DNA of 64,000 bases from Felis catus (Eukaryota), in NCBI RefSeq assembly GCF_018350175.1, contig NC_058369.1, positions 11,842,001 to 11,906,000 of the forward strand, written 5' to 3'. The position numbers were made by a program, and so were the translations under genes. Shown here piece by piece: positions 35,402 to 47,666 of this stretch (position 1 is its first letter; each line of letters begins with the position of its first letter). Under the pieces are notes generated by a model. That model was not told the origin of the DNA. It ran no database searches and was given only the letters and a program-made list of their open reading frames with translations.

Positions 35402-36230
35402 TGAGCTCTCTTTGTTCTATCTTCAGATAGCACTATGCCTTCCAACAAATACCCCAGATAGATTCAAGTACCACAACAATAAGAACTTGATGTTTATGGA
35501 AAGTAATGTGGGGAAAAAGGAAGAAGACTTTCCATAAGCTGTCAGAAAGCAACTTCCTGTAAACACACTTTACGTTATTACCCAAACACTGAACCCTTTC
35601 CTCCACCCACTCTCTACCCCTCCCTCCCTCTCTCACTTCACTTTGGACTCTGATATTCTTCACTCTACTCAGATCAACATAGTAACCTCCTTAGGATCTA
35701 TTCCTTCCAAAGACAGTGAAGAACCATTAACGTTCAACCATTCCCTTAGAGACAAACAGTTAATGTTATTTTGTGCATTTGTTATAATTAAAAGATAATA
35801 TATACAATACTGGACATAGTTCCTGCTTAGAAAAGCCCCAATTCTGGCAGCACTAGTTTTTCCTATTTTTGTTTATCCTTATGTTGGTGAAGGAGAAATT
35901 CCTTTCTTGCATGTGCATTCAATAAGAACCATGGGCATCAGTGCCCAGACACATCCATGTGATGCTCCCCACTAGCCCAAGGGTAGAGAACACAACATAG
36001 ATAGAACATAGGAAGGAGTTCATCACATGCGGTCAAGAGCAAGAGGTGATGATCACTACCGACTATGGAAGACACAGTCAAACAAATTGGAGAAAAACAA
36101 ATACCCAGCAGGTATCCATAATCTATCAATGTGTGTCTTTTCACATACATGAATCCTTACAAAAGCTCTATGGAGACAGACCTCAATATCCCCAGGCATG
36201 CTACCATATTTCCTCACCACCAACTGGCTT

Positions 36231-37181
36231 TCAGGAGCTTAAAGGACTGAATTTTCTCTGGAAGCTTTTCTTTATGGCGTTCTTGAGCTCCTTATTCCTG
36301 AGACTGAAAATGATCGGGCTGAGAAAGGGGGTGAAGACTGTATAGGTGGTGGCCATCAGGGTGTTACTGTCCATAGAATGGGGGCCCTTGGGCTTGAGGT
36401 AGATAATGGAGGCAAAGCCGTAGTGCACAATGACCACTGTGAGGTGGGACACACACGTGGAGAAGGTCTTGTGCCTGCCCTCAGCAGAGGGGATCCGCAA
36501 TATGGCAGCCACAATGAAGACATAGGAGAGGACGATGAGGAATAAACAGCCCATCAGAGCTGAGACACACACCAGGATCACACCCAAGGTGACAGAGGAA
36601 TTCTCATTCCCACAGGCCAACTTTAGAAGGGAAAGCACGTGGCAGACAAAATGGTGGATCACATTAGACCCACAGAAGGTGAGGTGAAAAACTATCAGGG
36701 TCAACATCATTCCCATGACTGAGCCACCGGCCCAGGACAAGGACACAAAGCGGGCACAGCCACGGGGGCTCATGAGCACATTGTAGCGCAGGGGGTGGCA
36801 GATGGCCACGTAGCGGTCATAGCCCATGATCATGAGCAGGAAGGAGTGTGTGAAGCCAAACGTGAAGGAGAAAAACATCTGGCTGGCACAGGCCGTCCAG
36901 GTGATGGTGCGGTGGGTGGAGAGCATGTCAACCAGCATGCGAGGGGTGACAGCAACGGTGAACAGAATCTCGGAGGTGGACAGGGCGCACAGGAAGAGGT
37001 ACATGGGCGTGTGCAGGCTGCGTTCGCTCCAGACTGTGGTCATGATGAGCAGGTTCCCCAGCAGCGTGAACAGGTACATGAGCAGGTACAGCAAGAAGAA
37101 GGTGGGCAGAAGATGCCTTGGGAAGTTAGAGAATCCCACAAGGATGAACTCAGTCACCATGCTATAGTTCTGACCAGCCAT
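36231..37181 (-). CDS. OR10H4-like: Olfactory receptor OR10H3/OR10H4-like, 316 aa, intact (gene C)
   Basis: MAGQNYS...RKFSPLSS*; 951 bp; all OR motifs; same acceptor 11 nt upstream of the ATG. Confidence 0.95.
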   Translation of the reverse strand: MAGQNYSMVTEFILVGFSNFPRHLLPTFFLLYLLMYLFTLLGNLLIMTTVWSERSLHTPMYLFLCALSTSEILFTVAVTPRMLVDMLSTHRTITWTACASQMFFSFTFGFTHSFLLMIMGYDRYVAICHPLRYNVLMSPRGCARFVSLSWAGGSVMGMMLTLIVFHLTFCGSNVIHHFVCHVLSLLKLACGNENSSVTLGVILVCVSALMGCLFLIVLSYVFIVAAILRIPSAEGRHKTFSTCVSHLTVVIVHYGFASIIYLKPKGPHSMDSNTLMATTYTVFTPFLSPIIFSLRNKELKNAIKKSFQRKFSPLSS

Positions 37182-37766
37182 GGGTGCTACATCTGGTGAG
37201 ATCAGAAGGGGAATGAAGGTGATCAGCATGACAATCATGAGTCTATACAACAATATATGAAATGGGGAGACTACAGACGCAGTATGTTAGGATTGGGAAA
37301 GTGACCCGGATACTCACTGGTTCTGCTGTTCTTTAGCATGGAACTGAAAGTCATGAGCGGTGCTATAAATAAGAACAAGAAAGAAGGTATGTACAGATGG
37401 GAAGGAAAGAGACATGATCTTTCACCCAGAAAAAGTAAAGAATGAAGACATAAGTTACCACAGCAATAGAGAGCACAGTCTGCAGAAGACAAGATCGGCT
37501 CGCGACACTCAGTATTTCTCACAGAATTACTCCAGCAGTAATCATTCAAAGTATAAGCTTTAAGCAAAACTAAGATAACATTCCCAGTGGTGACACAAAC
37601 TGTAAAGACACGGCTCGCCAACATTGTGGTCTGGTGATTTCTTAACACTCAAGAAAATGTGAGACTCTGATGGGTTCCTGTTTGGGTGCAGTACAACTCT
37701 CCGTTTTCACCATATTAGAAGTTAACACTGAGAGTGTCTGAAAATATGTAGTATGGATACATTCAT

Positions 37767-38035
37767 GGGACACCTGAAGGCTCAGTTGGTTAATGGTCTG
37801 ACCCTTGATTTCTGCCCAGGTCATGATCTCACAGTCGTGAGATCAAGCCCCATGTTGGCATCAATACTGAGCATTGAGTCTGCTTACGATATCCTCTCTC
37901 TCTCTCTACCCACCCCGCACTTGCACATGTTCTCTCTCTTCTCCCTAGAAAAAAAGAAGGAAGGAAGAAAGGAAAGAGGGAAGGAAGAAGGAAGGGCGGT
38001 AGGGAGGGAAGGTGGGAGAGAGGAAAGAAAGAAAG
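37767..38035 (+). mobile_element. Older SINEC with GA-rich expanded tail
   Basis: Head at 37767; absent from the paralog at ~8968. Confidence 0.8.
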
Positions 38036-39301
38036 GTCAACCTGTTCAAACTGTAATATAAGTCAAACTGTCAATATAAGTAACATGTTTTTAGGAAAGT
38101 AAGTACATTTACAAAATTAACATTTAGTGAGAAGAGTGGCTTTAAAAAACATTTTAACAAATTTGGATTGGAGACAAATTGATGCTCATTCTGCTTCTTC
38201 ATTCAGCCTGTGGCAACATGTTGTTTTAGTCAAGCATATGATGAAAATACATCCTCACCTTCATTGGAAAAGTAAGCACCTGATGGTCCCCCAGAAACGG
38301 TCTCCGGGACCCCAGGGTCCTCATATCACACTTTGACAACTTCTGTTATACGATATCTAGGAACTAATCAAACACAAGCAATACCTCCAGATTCAGAAAC
38401 GTTAACCATTAGTAAAAATGTCGATGGCTATCTGAATACACGAAGGACAATCCACTCTCTCGGGTGGATGAGCGAATATGGTAATGATTACATCGTCAGT
38501 ATACCTGCGTGTTCGGCTACAGTGAATCAAACGTACATTTGATAAAAGTTTCCTTAAGTTCCTTCTGGAAAATAAAGTCAGTGCAAAACCATACCAGTCT
38601 TTCAAAAAAATGGGTTAACTAGGAGAGAAATGCCCTGGCAGGTGTGGAGACCCATGATAGACCTCATACACATCGTTGTCATTTTCAAGTGTGACCCTGG
38701 AGCAGCCACAGACACCGATCAAGTTGGCTACATACCTCAGAAAGTACCCCAGTGTGATTCAAAACTTGATACAGGTGGGAGCACAAATCCAAGAGAAAAG
38801 ATGGATGGTTTAGGAGTCCGTGGTGGGAAAACTGGTCCTTTTATGAAGCAAAGCAAATCTGAATTTCTGCCTAAGGTCATACACACAGGTGGAATCCAGG
38901 TGGATTCAAGACTTAAATATGAAACACAATGCCTTGAAGGTAATAGGAGAAGGTGTCAGCAAATACTTCTGTTGATGTAGGAGTGGAGAAGGACTTCTTA
39001 AACAAACTTCAGAAGCACAAACATGAGGTGGTTTTGAAAGACATGAAAACATCAACATGATGTGTTTCTGTTCAACAAGATATACTGGATCCAGTTAACG
39101 GGAGATGGAAAGGTGAGAAAAAACCATTTTCATTGTACAAAAAAGGACCAGGGAATATAATCTAGATTTAACAAGAGACCGATTACGTGTACAAGAGCAG
39201 AAAACTTGATACAGAAATGAGCAAGGGATAAAACAGAATTTAGCAAAGGTATGAGGAGATAGGTCACAGAGGGTGTAGTAAGAGCCAATAAAAACATGCT
39301 A

Positions 39302-39528
39302 GGGGCGCCTGGGTGGCGCAGTCGGTTAAGCGTCCGACTTCAGCCAGGTCACGATCTCGCGGTCTGTGAGTTCGAGCCCCGCGTCAGGCTCTGGGCTGAT
39401 GGCTCGGAGCCTGGAGCCTGTTTCCGATTCTGTGTCTCCCTCTCTCTCTGCCCCTCCCCCGTTCATGCTCTGTCTCTCTCTCTCTCCCAAAAAAATAAAT
39501 AAATGTTGAAAAAAAAATTAAAAAAAAA
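39302..39528 (+). mobile_element. SINEC_Fc-like, young
   Basis: TSD aaaaacatgcta; empty sites at ~12333 and ~63838. Confidence 0.93.
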
Positions 39529-40844
39529 ACATGCTAATAAAAAAGAGAGAGAGGGACAGAGAGACAAAGGAAGGGAAATAAAATGGAAATTCAGTGTATA
39601 TCTATTCAGTGCCCCAAGTTAGAAACTCCCTGGTGTTGATCAGTTTTGGGGAGAATGCAACCCTCGTGCACAGCCTGTGAGAGCACAGAATAGTGGAAAT
39701 GAGGAGTGCACGTGCTCTGTGCCCCAGCACATGTGCTCCTGAACATCTATCGCGATTGCTCAAAGGCATTTACAGGGGAGCATGTCAGAGGGTGTTTCTG
39801 TAGCATTGCTTTTAGTGGGGAACTGGAAAGCCTGCTTGTCCATTCTTTGGAAGGGGGCAGGACCCGTGGGCTGGATGCAAACCCTGCAGCCCCAGCCAGG
39901 AGTTCGATGCACACACAGCAGCATAAATGAACCCATAAAATGTGTTGAATGAATGAAGCAAAAAGCAGACAAACACTCCAGCATAATAACCTTTCGGCAT
40001 ATTAAAAATAAAGCAGCTGACACTATTCTGTAGGATGCTGTAACGGTGGATACATGCCGTTATAAATCAGAACGTGCAACACAGTGAACCCTAATGTATC
40101 CTCCACCTATACCCCTCACTGCTCCAGGCTACTCCTCTGTTCCCACTCCATTCTGACTTCCAGAGACAATTGTCTGAAATACACCCAAGGTGTGCAGACA
40201 TCAGAGCCAGGGTTCAAGCCCCGGTTTTTGCTGTGTGTATCTGAGAAAGAACTTTCCAGTTCGGAGCCTCCTCTCCCCAGTTGAAATATGGGAGTAAGCA
40301 GAGAACTATCTTTAGAAGAACCATGAAGATTCACTGAAAGGGCTCTATGTTTACCTAATATGGGTGGTTATCCCTGACGCTGATGTCTTCTCTGTTCTCC
40401 AAACTGCTTTCCTGTCATCAGTCTGTACCAGATGCACCAGTTGGTCCCATTCCAAACTCATAGTTTCTGACCTCAGTGGGGTCTTTAGGACCTCTGGTAA
40501 ATTGACAACACAGTTTGACAAGTGGCTTGTCCAACCTCTGCCTCCTCGCCTGGTCCCTGCCTCACCCTACAGTCTGCCTTCCCACCTGCCACTTGGTGGA
40601 GTGGCTGCAGTTCCCCGGGCTGGGCTCCCCCATCTCCTCTGACAGGTGCAGGAGAGAGTTCGTCTACTTTTGTCTCACAGAGGTTGGCTCACCCACAGGT
40701 GCTGAGCTCATGTCACACACCTGCATCCAGGAGTGAATCCAGCTCAACCTCTCTGCCTCCCCTCAAGGATCACCTCCAGGTTAGCAAAGGCCACCTGCAG
40801 CTAACCCAGGATACAACAGCCAAGGCAAGACACATACCTGACGC

Positions 40845-41066
40845 AAGGTTTCTGAACTTCAGTACGTGTGGGATTTGGGACCAGGATCATTCTCTGGGGT
40901 GGTGGCTCTCCTGTGCATTATATAACATTTAACAGGATCTCTGGTCTCAACCCATCAGATGTCAGTAGCATCCCCACCAATCATGAGTCACAACAATAAA
41001 AAAATGTCTCCAGACATGCCCACATGTCTCCTGTGGGGCCCAACTACCCTGGGCTGAGGACCACTG
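40845..41066 (+). mobile_element. MER20 hAT-Charlie element
   Basis: caaggtttctgaac...aaaatgtctccagacat...gaggaccactg. Confidence 0.75.
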
Positions 41067-41230
41067 GCCTAGAAGCTTCTAGGGCCCTGGGCTGGGTAAG
41101 AACCCAGGACCCATAACAGCACCTGAGAAGACCACAGGCAAGGGTAAGAGCCTGTCTTATGACCCGTCTACCAGGCCCTGCTCCCATACCCTGTCTGGGT
41201 CTTGCTCCCGACAACTGTTTGAACATTGCC

Positions 41231-41775
41231 ACCTACCCTGTCCCTCCTGGACCCCCTTGTGCTGGGCTGCCTCTTCCAGGAAGTAGCCAGCAGGGCAGGG
41301 AAGAAGATGCTCTCCTGTGTTGTTATTCTATCAGCAGCACACAGGGGCAGGTGTGGGGCCAGACCTCTGGGCTCCTGGAACTGATGCTGTGTGCTTTATC
41401 CCTGCTGCAGCTTCCCAGCACGCTGCTCCCTAGAGCATCCCTGGAACACCAATCTGGAGTGCTGTCCTCAGGGTCTGGAGAGGTCAGAAGGATCATCAGA
41501 GGGCCTCTGGGACCTGCAGCCTCTACTCCTTCCTCCAACTCTCCAACACAACTCCCTGCTGTCTCTGTCTGCCCAGAGAGTCCCAGTCCCTGCTGAGGAC
41601 TAGGAGCTCCCAGTCTTGGGGGAGACAGGACTGGAGTAAATGCCTTCATCCCCTTAGGGTCGGGGCAGAGTCAGAGGGGAGGAAGTAGCTGGAGCAGCCC
41701 AGAATGGGAATCCAGGGCTCTGCCCTGGGGTCAAGGCAGCTGGAGGGCTTCCCACAATAAGGGTAATTTAGAGCT
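41231..41775 (-). promoter_or_regulatory. Putative promoter + non-coding exon 1 of gene C
   Basis: TAAT 41764, degenerate O/E-like sites ~41427-41448, GATAAA 41400-41395, donor 41236-41231; 4 kb upstream of the CDS. Confidence 0.6.
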
Positions 41776-42410
41776 GGGTCATAGGGAGCGATTTTTCCTT
41801 GTCAGTAGAAATGTTCACTGTCTCCTGGACACACTGGATTGCCCCACTTCGCCTCATGGTCAAGTTCGACCCTATCCCTGTCGTCCTGGTGATCTGAGCC
41901 TGAGGGTCCACATCAAAATAAGCCTCTCTATGATATAACCAAGCAAATATTTGGTCTCCTGTGTTGTCCTTGTTTATTGACCACCGAGGAGAGTCTTGTA
42001 TGCTCACGAGGTGACTGGTAGCTGTGGGTTTAACATTATATCACATCTTCTGCCTCCAACTCAAACATCTGGCCTCACCTTTGAGTAGTAGTTTAGATCC
42101 ACAGAAAGCCCCCTTCCTGGATCCTCAGACCTATGGTTTCCCAATCCCCAGCATGGGAGTCAGACAGACCTCAATCTCCATGTGACCCTTTCCTTCACAC
42201 GTTGTGTGACCTCCACCAACTGTTCTCATCTGCATAAAGGGGGTACCCATACCCTTGACCTCTCTTTGTGCATCTTGAGATAGCACTGTGCCTACAACAA
42301 ATCCCCAAATAGATTTCTTCCAGACTCAGGAATGAGAAATTGATGCTTATGGAAAGTAATGTGGGGAAAAAGGGAAAAGACTTTCCATAACCTGTCAGAA
42401 AGCAACACCC

Positions 42411-42972
42411 TTTTTTTTTTTTGCTAGTGGTTATCATTTATTTGTGGCTTTTCAGCTAACAGCACAGAAATGTACATATGCAAACTAACCTGTTATATAA
42501 AGACATATCTGTGATTATGTTCTTTTTTTTATGAAATTTATTGTCAAATTGGTTTCCATACAACACCCAGTGCTCATCCCAACAGGTGCCCTCCTCAATG
42601 CCCCTCACCCACCCTCCTCTCCCTCCCACCTTCCCATCGACCCTCAGTTCATTCTCAGTTTTTTAGTCTCTTATGATTTGGCTCCCTCCCTCTCTAACTT
42701 TTTTTTCCCTTCTCCTCCCCCATGGTCTTCTGTTAAGTTTCTCAGGATCCACATAAGAGTGAAAACATATGGAATCTGTCCTTCTCTGTATGACTTATTT
42801 CACGTAGCATAACACTCTCCAGTTCCATCTATGTTGCTACAAAATGCCATATTTCATTCTTTCTCATTGCCACGTAGTATTCCATTGTGTATATAAACTA
42901 CAATTTCTTTATCCATTCATCAGTTGATGGACATTTAGGCTCTTTCCATAATTTAGCTATTGTTGAGAGTGC
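42411..42972 (-). mobile_element. 5'-truncated felid L1 with 100-bp 3' transduction
   Basis: TSD aaagcaacaccctttt at 42399 and 42973; two polyA tracts flank unique sequence 42423-42522. Confidence 0.88.
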
Positions 42973-43299
42973 AAAGCAACACCCTTTTAACATGCTTTAT
43001 GTTCTTATCCAAGCACTGATCCCCCTCCCCTGTCTCTCTCTCTTTCCCTCCCTATTCCTCTCCCCTTCTCCTTCTCTCTCACTCTCCCTTCCCTTTCCCT
43101 TCCTCATGTGAAAATTGTGCTGTTACCAACTTCCTTCTCATTTTCATGCCTTTTCCAGATTTTGCCCCATATGCACTTTCATCCAACTTCTTGTTCAGAT
43201 CATTTTCAGGACTCCTATCCCACTACTTATCTTTCTTTCTCTCTCTCTTCCGGTGTCTCTCCCTTCCCCTCTCTGCTTCACCCTCTGAACCCTATTTTT

Positions 43300-43328
43300 T
43301 TAAATTTTTTTTAAGTTTTATTTTTCAT

Positions 43329-43367
<39 letters not shown>

Positions 43368-43522
43368 GGGGAGGGGCAGAGTGATGGAGACAGAATCTGA
43401 AGCAGGCTCCAGGCTCTGAGCTGTCAGCACAGAGCCCGACACGGAGCTCGAACTCACAAGCAGTGAGACCATGACCTGAACTGAAGTCGGACGCCTAACC
43501 AACTGAGCCACTCAGGCATCCC
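43300..43522 (-). mobile_element. SINEC with (GA)n
   Basis: TSD ctgaaccctat. Confidence 0.88.
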
Positions 43523-44097
43523 TGAACCCTATATTATGCAGAAATCCTCCCTTAAGGTCTATCCCTTCCAAGGTAGTGAGGAATTGTAAACAATAAATCA
43601 TCTTCTTAGAGACTAATAGTTTAATTTTTTTGTGCATTTGTCATACTCTAAAAGACAATACTATAAACCACTGGATGAATAGCTTGATATGAAAAGGGTC
43701 AATTCTGGGGTCAGATATTATTACTCTGCTTAATTTTCTTTATCCTTATGTTGGAGGAGGGGAAAACCTTCCCTTGCATGAACATTCAAGAAGATCTTGT
43801 GTGTTATTGCCCAGACACATCCCTGTGATACTCCCCACTGGTCCATAGAGAGACAACACATCCTTAGACAGAGTAATGGGAAGGAGTTCATCACATGGGG
43901 TCAAGAACAAGAGATCATGGCCACTAGATCCCATGCAAGAGGGGTGTAAAAAATTGGGGAAAAACAAATACCCAGCATGCATCCAACATCTACGGATATG
44001 TGTATTTTCATAGACTGAAACTCTACAACATTCCTGTGGAGATAGATGTTATTGTCCTCAGGCCTCCTACCATATTTCTTCATCACTAAACTGGCCA

Positions 44098-44140
44098 ACA
44101 GTAGCTTAAGGGACTGAATTTTCTCTGGAAGCTTTTCTTT
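44098..44140 (-). pseudogene. Displaced 3' end (KSFQRKFSPLS) of psi2
   Basis: gcttaagggactgaattttctctggaagcttttc matches the OR C-terminal codons (cf. 50581-50615); OR-type 3' flank continues at 43520-44097. Confidence 0.85.
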
Positions 44141-44706
44141 TTTTTAATTTAATTTTTATTTATTAATATGCAGTGCGATATTGGTTTCAGGAGTAGAACT
44201 CAGTGATTCGTCACTTGCCTACAACATCCAGTGCTTATCACAAGTGCCCTGCTAGTGCCCATCACCCATCTATCTATCTCCCACCCACCTCCTTCCATCA
44301 ACCTTCAGTCTGTTCTCTATCATTAACAGTCTCTTATGGTTTGTTTCTCCCCCTTCTCTTCCCTCCCTTCCTATGTGTTCATCTGTTTTGTTTCTTTAAA
44401 AAAAATTTTTAATCTTTATTTATTTTTTAGACAGAGAGAGACAGAGCGTGAGTGGGGGAGGGGCAGAGAGAGAGAGAGGAAGACACGGAATCCAAAGCAG
44501 GCTCCAGGCTCTGCACTGTCAGGACGGAGCCTGATGCAGGGCTCAAACTCATAAAGTGTGAGATCATGACCTGATCTGAAGTCGGATGACCAACTAACTA
44601 AGCCACCCAGGCACCCCTGTTTTGTTTTCTAAATTCCACATATGAGTGAAATCATATGATATTTGTCTTTCTCTCATTGACTTATTTCACTTAGCATAAT
44701 ACACTC

Positions 44707-44840
44707 NNNNNNNNNNNNNNNNNNNNNNNNNNNNNNNNNNNNNNNNNNNNNNNNNNNNNNNNNNNNNNNNNNNNNNNNNNNNNNNNNNNNNNNNNNNNNN
44801 NNNNNNNNNNNNNNNNNNNNNNNNNNNNNNNNNNNNNNNN
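44707..44840. other. Assembly gap (134 N)
   Basis: N run. Confidence 1.
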
Positions 44841-45088
44841 NTTGACTATTGTTAATACTGCTGCTATGAACATTGGGGTGCATGTACCCCTTCAAATTTG
44901 TATTTTTGTGTCCTTTGGGTAATAGGGCAATTGCTGGGTTGTAGGGTAGTTGTATTTTTCAATTTTGGAGGAGCATCCATACTATTCTCCAGAGTGGTTG
45001 CACCAGTTTGCATTGCCACCAACAGTGCAAGTGGACTCCCTTTTCTCTGCATCCTTGCCAACACCTGTTGTCTCTTGTGTTGTTCGTT

Positions 45089-45222
45089 NNNNNNNNNNNN
45101 NNNNNNNNNNNNNNNNNNNNNNNNNNNNNNNNNNNNNNNNNNNNNNNNNNNNNNNNNNNNNNNNNNNNNNNNNNNNNNNNNNNNNNNNNNNNNNNNNNNN
45201 NNNNNNNNNNNNNNNNNNNNNN
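45089..45222. other. Assembly gap (134 N)
   Basis: N run. Confidence 1.
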
Positions 45223-46308
45223 TCAGAAAAAGAAATCAAGGAATCAATCCCATTTACAATTGCACTAAAACAATAAGATGCCTAGGAATAATCCTAATAA
45301 AGAAGTAAAAGGTCTGTACTCTGAAAACTATAGAAGACTTATGAAGGATATTTAAAGACACAAAGAAATGGAAAACCATTGCATGCTTTTGGATTGGAAG
45401 AACAAACAATGTTAAAGTGTGTGTACTACCCAAGCCATCTACACATTTAATGCAATCCCTAGGAAAATATATCACCAGGATTCTTCTCAGAGCTAGAATA
45501 GAGAATCCTAAAATTTGTATGGAACGACAAAAGACTGCAAATAGCCAAAGCAATCCTGAAAAAGAAAAAAACTGGAGGCATCACAATTCCAGATTTCAAG
45601 TTATATTACAAACCCTTAGTCATCAAGACAATATGACTAGCAGGAAAACAGACACATATCAATGGAACAGAATAGAAAACCCAGAAATGGACCCACAACT
45701 CTATGGCCAACTCATCTTCGATAAAGCAGTAAAGAATATCCAATGGAAAAAAGACAGTCTCTTCAACAAATGGTGTTGAGAAAACTGGATGGCAACATGC
45801 AGGGGAATGAAACTGTACCACTTTCTTACACCAGACACAAAAATAAATTCAAAATGGATGAAAGACCTACATGTGAGATGAGAAACCATCAAAACCCTGG
45901 AGGACACAGACAGCAACTTCTTTGACCTTGACCATAGCAACTTCTTACTAGATACGTGGCTGAAGACAAGGGAAACAAAAACAAACTTGAGCCATTGGGA
46001 CTTCATCAAGATAAAAACTTCTTCACAGAGAAGGAAACAATCAACAAAATCAAAAGGCAGTCTATGGAATGAGAGAAGATGTTTGCAAATAACATATCTC
46101 ATAAAGGAATCATATCCAAAATCCATAAAGAACTTATCGAACTCAGAGCGCCTGGCTGGCTCAGTTGGTTAAGCATCTGACTTCAACTCAGATCATGATC
46201 TCATGGTTCATGAGTTCAAGTCCTGCATCAGGCTCTGTGCTGATGGCTCAGAGCCTGGAGCCTGCTTTGGATTCTGTGTCTCCCTCTCTCTCTGCCCCTC
46301 CCTGCTCA

Positions 46309-46355
<47 letters not shown>

Positions 46356-46500
46356 AAAAATAAATAAACATTACAAAAAATTTAAAAACTTCTCAATCTC
46401 AACACCCAAAACACAACAACCTAGTTAAGAAATGGGTAGAAGACATGAGAAGAAACTTTTCTGAAGAAGACACCAGATGACTAACATACACATGAAAACA

Positions 46501-47372
46501 TGGAAGCTTCTCATTATGGCATTCTTGAGCTCCTTATTCCTGAGGCTGAAATGATCAGGCTGAGAAAGGGGTGAAGACTATATAGGTGGTGGCCATCAGG
46601 GTGTTACTGTCCATAGAATGGGGGCCCTTGGACTTGAGGTAGATAATGGAGGCAAAGCCGTAGTGCACAATGACCACAGTGAGGTGGGACACACACGTGG
46701 AGAAAGTCTTGTGCCTGCCTTCAGCAGAAGGGATCCGCAATATGGCGGCCACGATGAAGACATAGGAGAGGATGATGAGGAATAAACAGCCCATCAGAGC
46801 TGAGACACACACCAGGATCACAGCCAAGGTGACGGAGGCTGTTTCTTTCCCACAGGCCAATTTCAAAAGGGAAAACACATGGCATAGAAAATGGTGGATC
46901 ACATTAGACCCACAGAAGGTGAGGTGAAAAACTATCAGGGTCACCATCATCCCCATGATCGAGCCACCAGCCCAGGACCAGGACACGAGGCAGGCACAGC
47001 CACGGGGGCTCATGAGCACATTGTAGCGCAGGGGGTGGCAGATGGCCACGTAGCGGTCATAGCCCATGATCACGAGCAGGAAGGAGTGGGTGAAGCCAAA
47101 CGTGAAGGAGAAAAACATCTGGCTGGCACAGGCCGTCCAAGTGATGGTGCGGTGGGTGGAGAGCAGGTCGGCCAGCATGACAAAATGGTGGATCACACAA
47201 GACCTACAGAAAGTGAGATGAAAAGCCACTGGGGTCATTATCATTCCCAGCTGAGCCACCAGCCCAGCCCTGGGATGTAGGACAGCACAGCCACAGGGAC
47301 TCATGAGCATACTGTAGCACATGGGGTGGCAGATGGCCACGTAGCAGTCATAGCTTCTGATCATGAGCAGAC
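46501..47372 (-). pseudogene. Chimeric OR10H pseudogene (psi2): old TM3-EC2 fragment fused to a young TM2-TM7 copy; frameshifted and split by L1
   Basis: ORF 46555-47409 contains the DxYVAICHP...FHLTFC..VIHHF block twice; junction ~47180; 1-bp deletions near 46570 and 46550; last codons displaced to 44098-44140 by an L1. Confidence 0.9.
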
Positions 47373-47442
47373 AGGAATGCTCTTTGTTCTCACAATACTT
47401 TGTCTTCATTTAGCATGTGTATAGTCAAGAAATGTTCTTCCA

Positions 47443-47666
47443 GGGGCGCCTGGATGGCTCAGTCGGTTAAGCATCTGACTTCGGCTCAGGTCATGATCTC
47501 ACGGCTCATGAGTTCAAGCCCCATGTCAGGCTCTGTGCTGACAGCCCAGAGCCCAGGGCCTGTTTCGGATTCTGTGTCTCCTTCTCTCTCTGACCCTCCC
47601 CTGTTTGTGCTCTGTCTCTCTCTGTTTCAAAAATAAATAAATTTTAAAGAAAATTTAAAAAAAAAA
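47443..47666 (+). mobile_element. SINEC
   Basis: TSD aagaaatgttcttcca. Confidence 0.92.

Larger units (their letters stand above)
44135..46500 (-). mobile_element. L1 with 5' inversion (twin priming) inserted in psi2; nested SINECs 44400-44617 (-) and 46148-46385 (+)
   Basis: Minus-strand 3' end 44135-45088 and plus-strand ORF2 45223-46500; TSD tggaagctt(t/c)tc at 44126 and 46501. Confidence 0.8.

Noticed and set aside
44674-45308. ORFs spanning X runs (also 58153-58567)
   Set aside because: Artefacts of N gaps.
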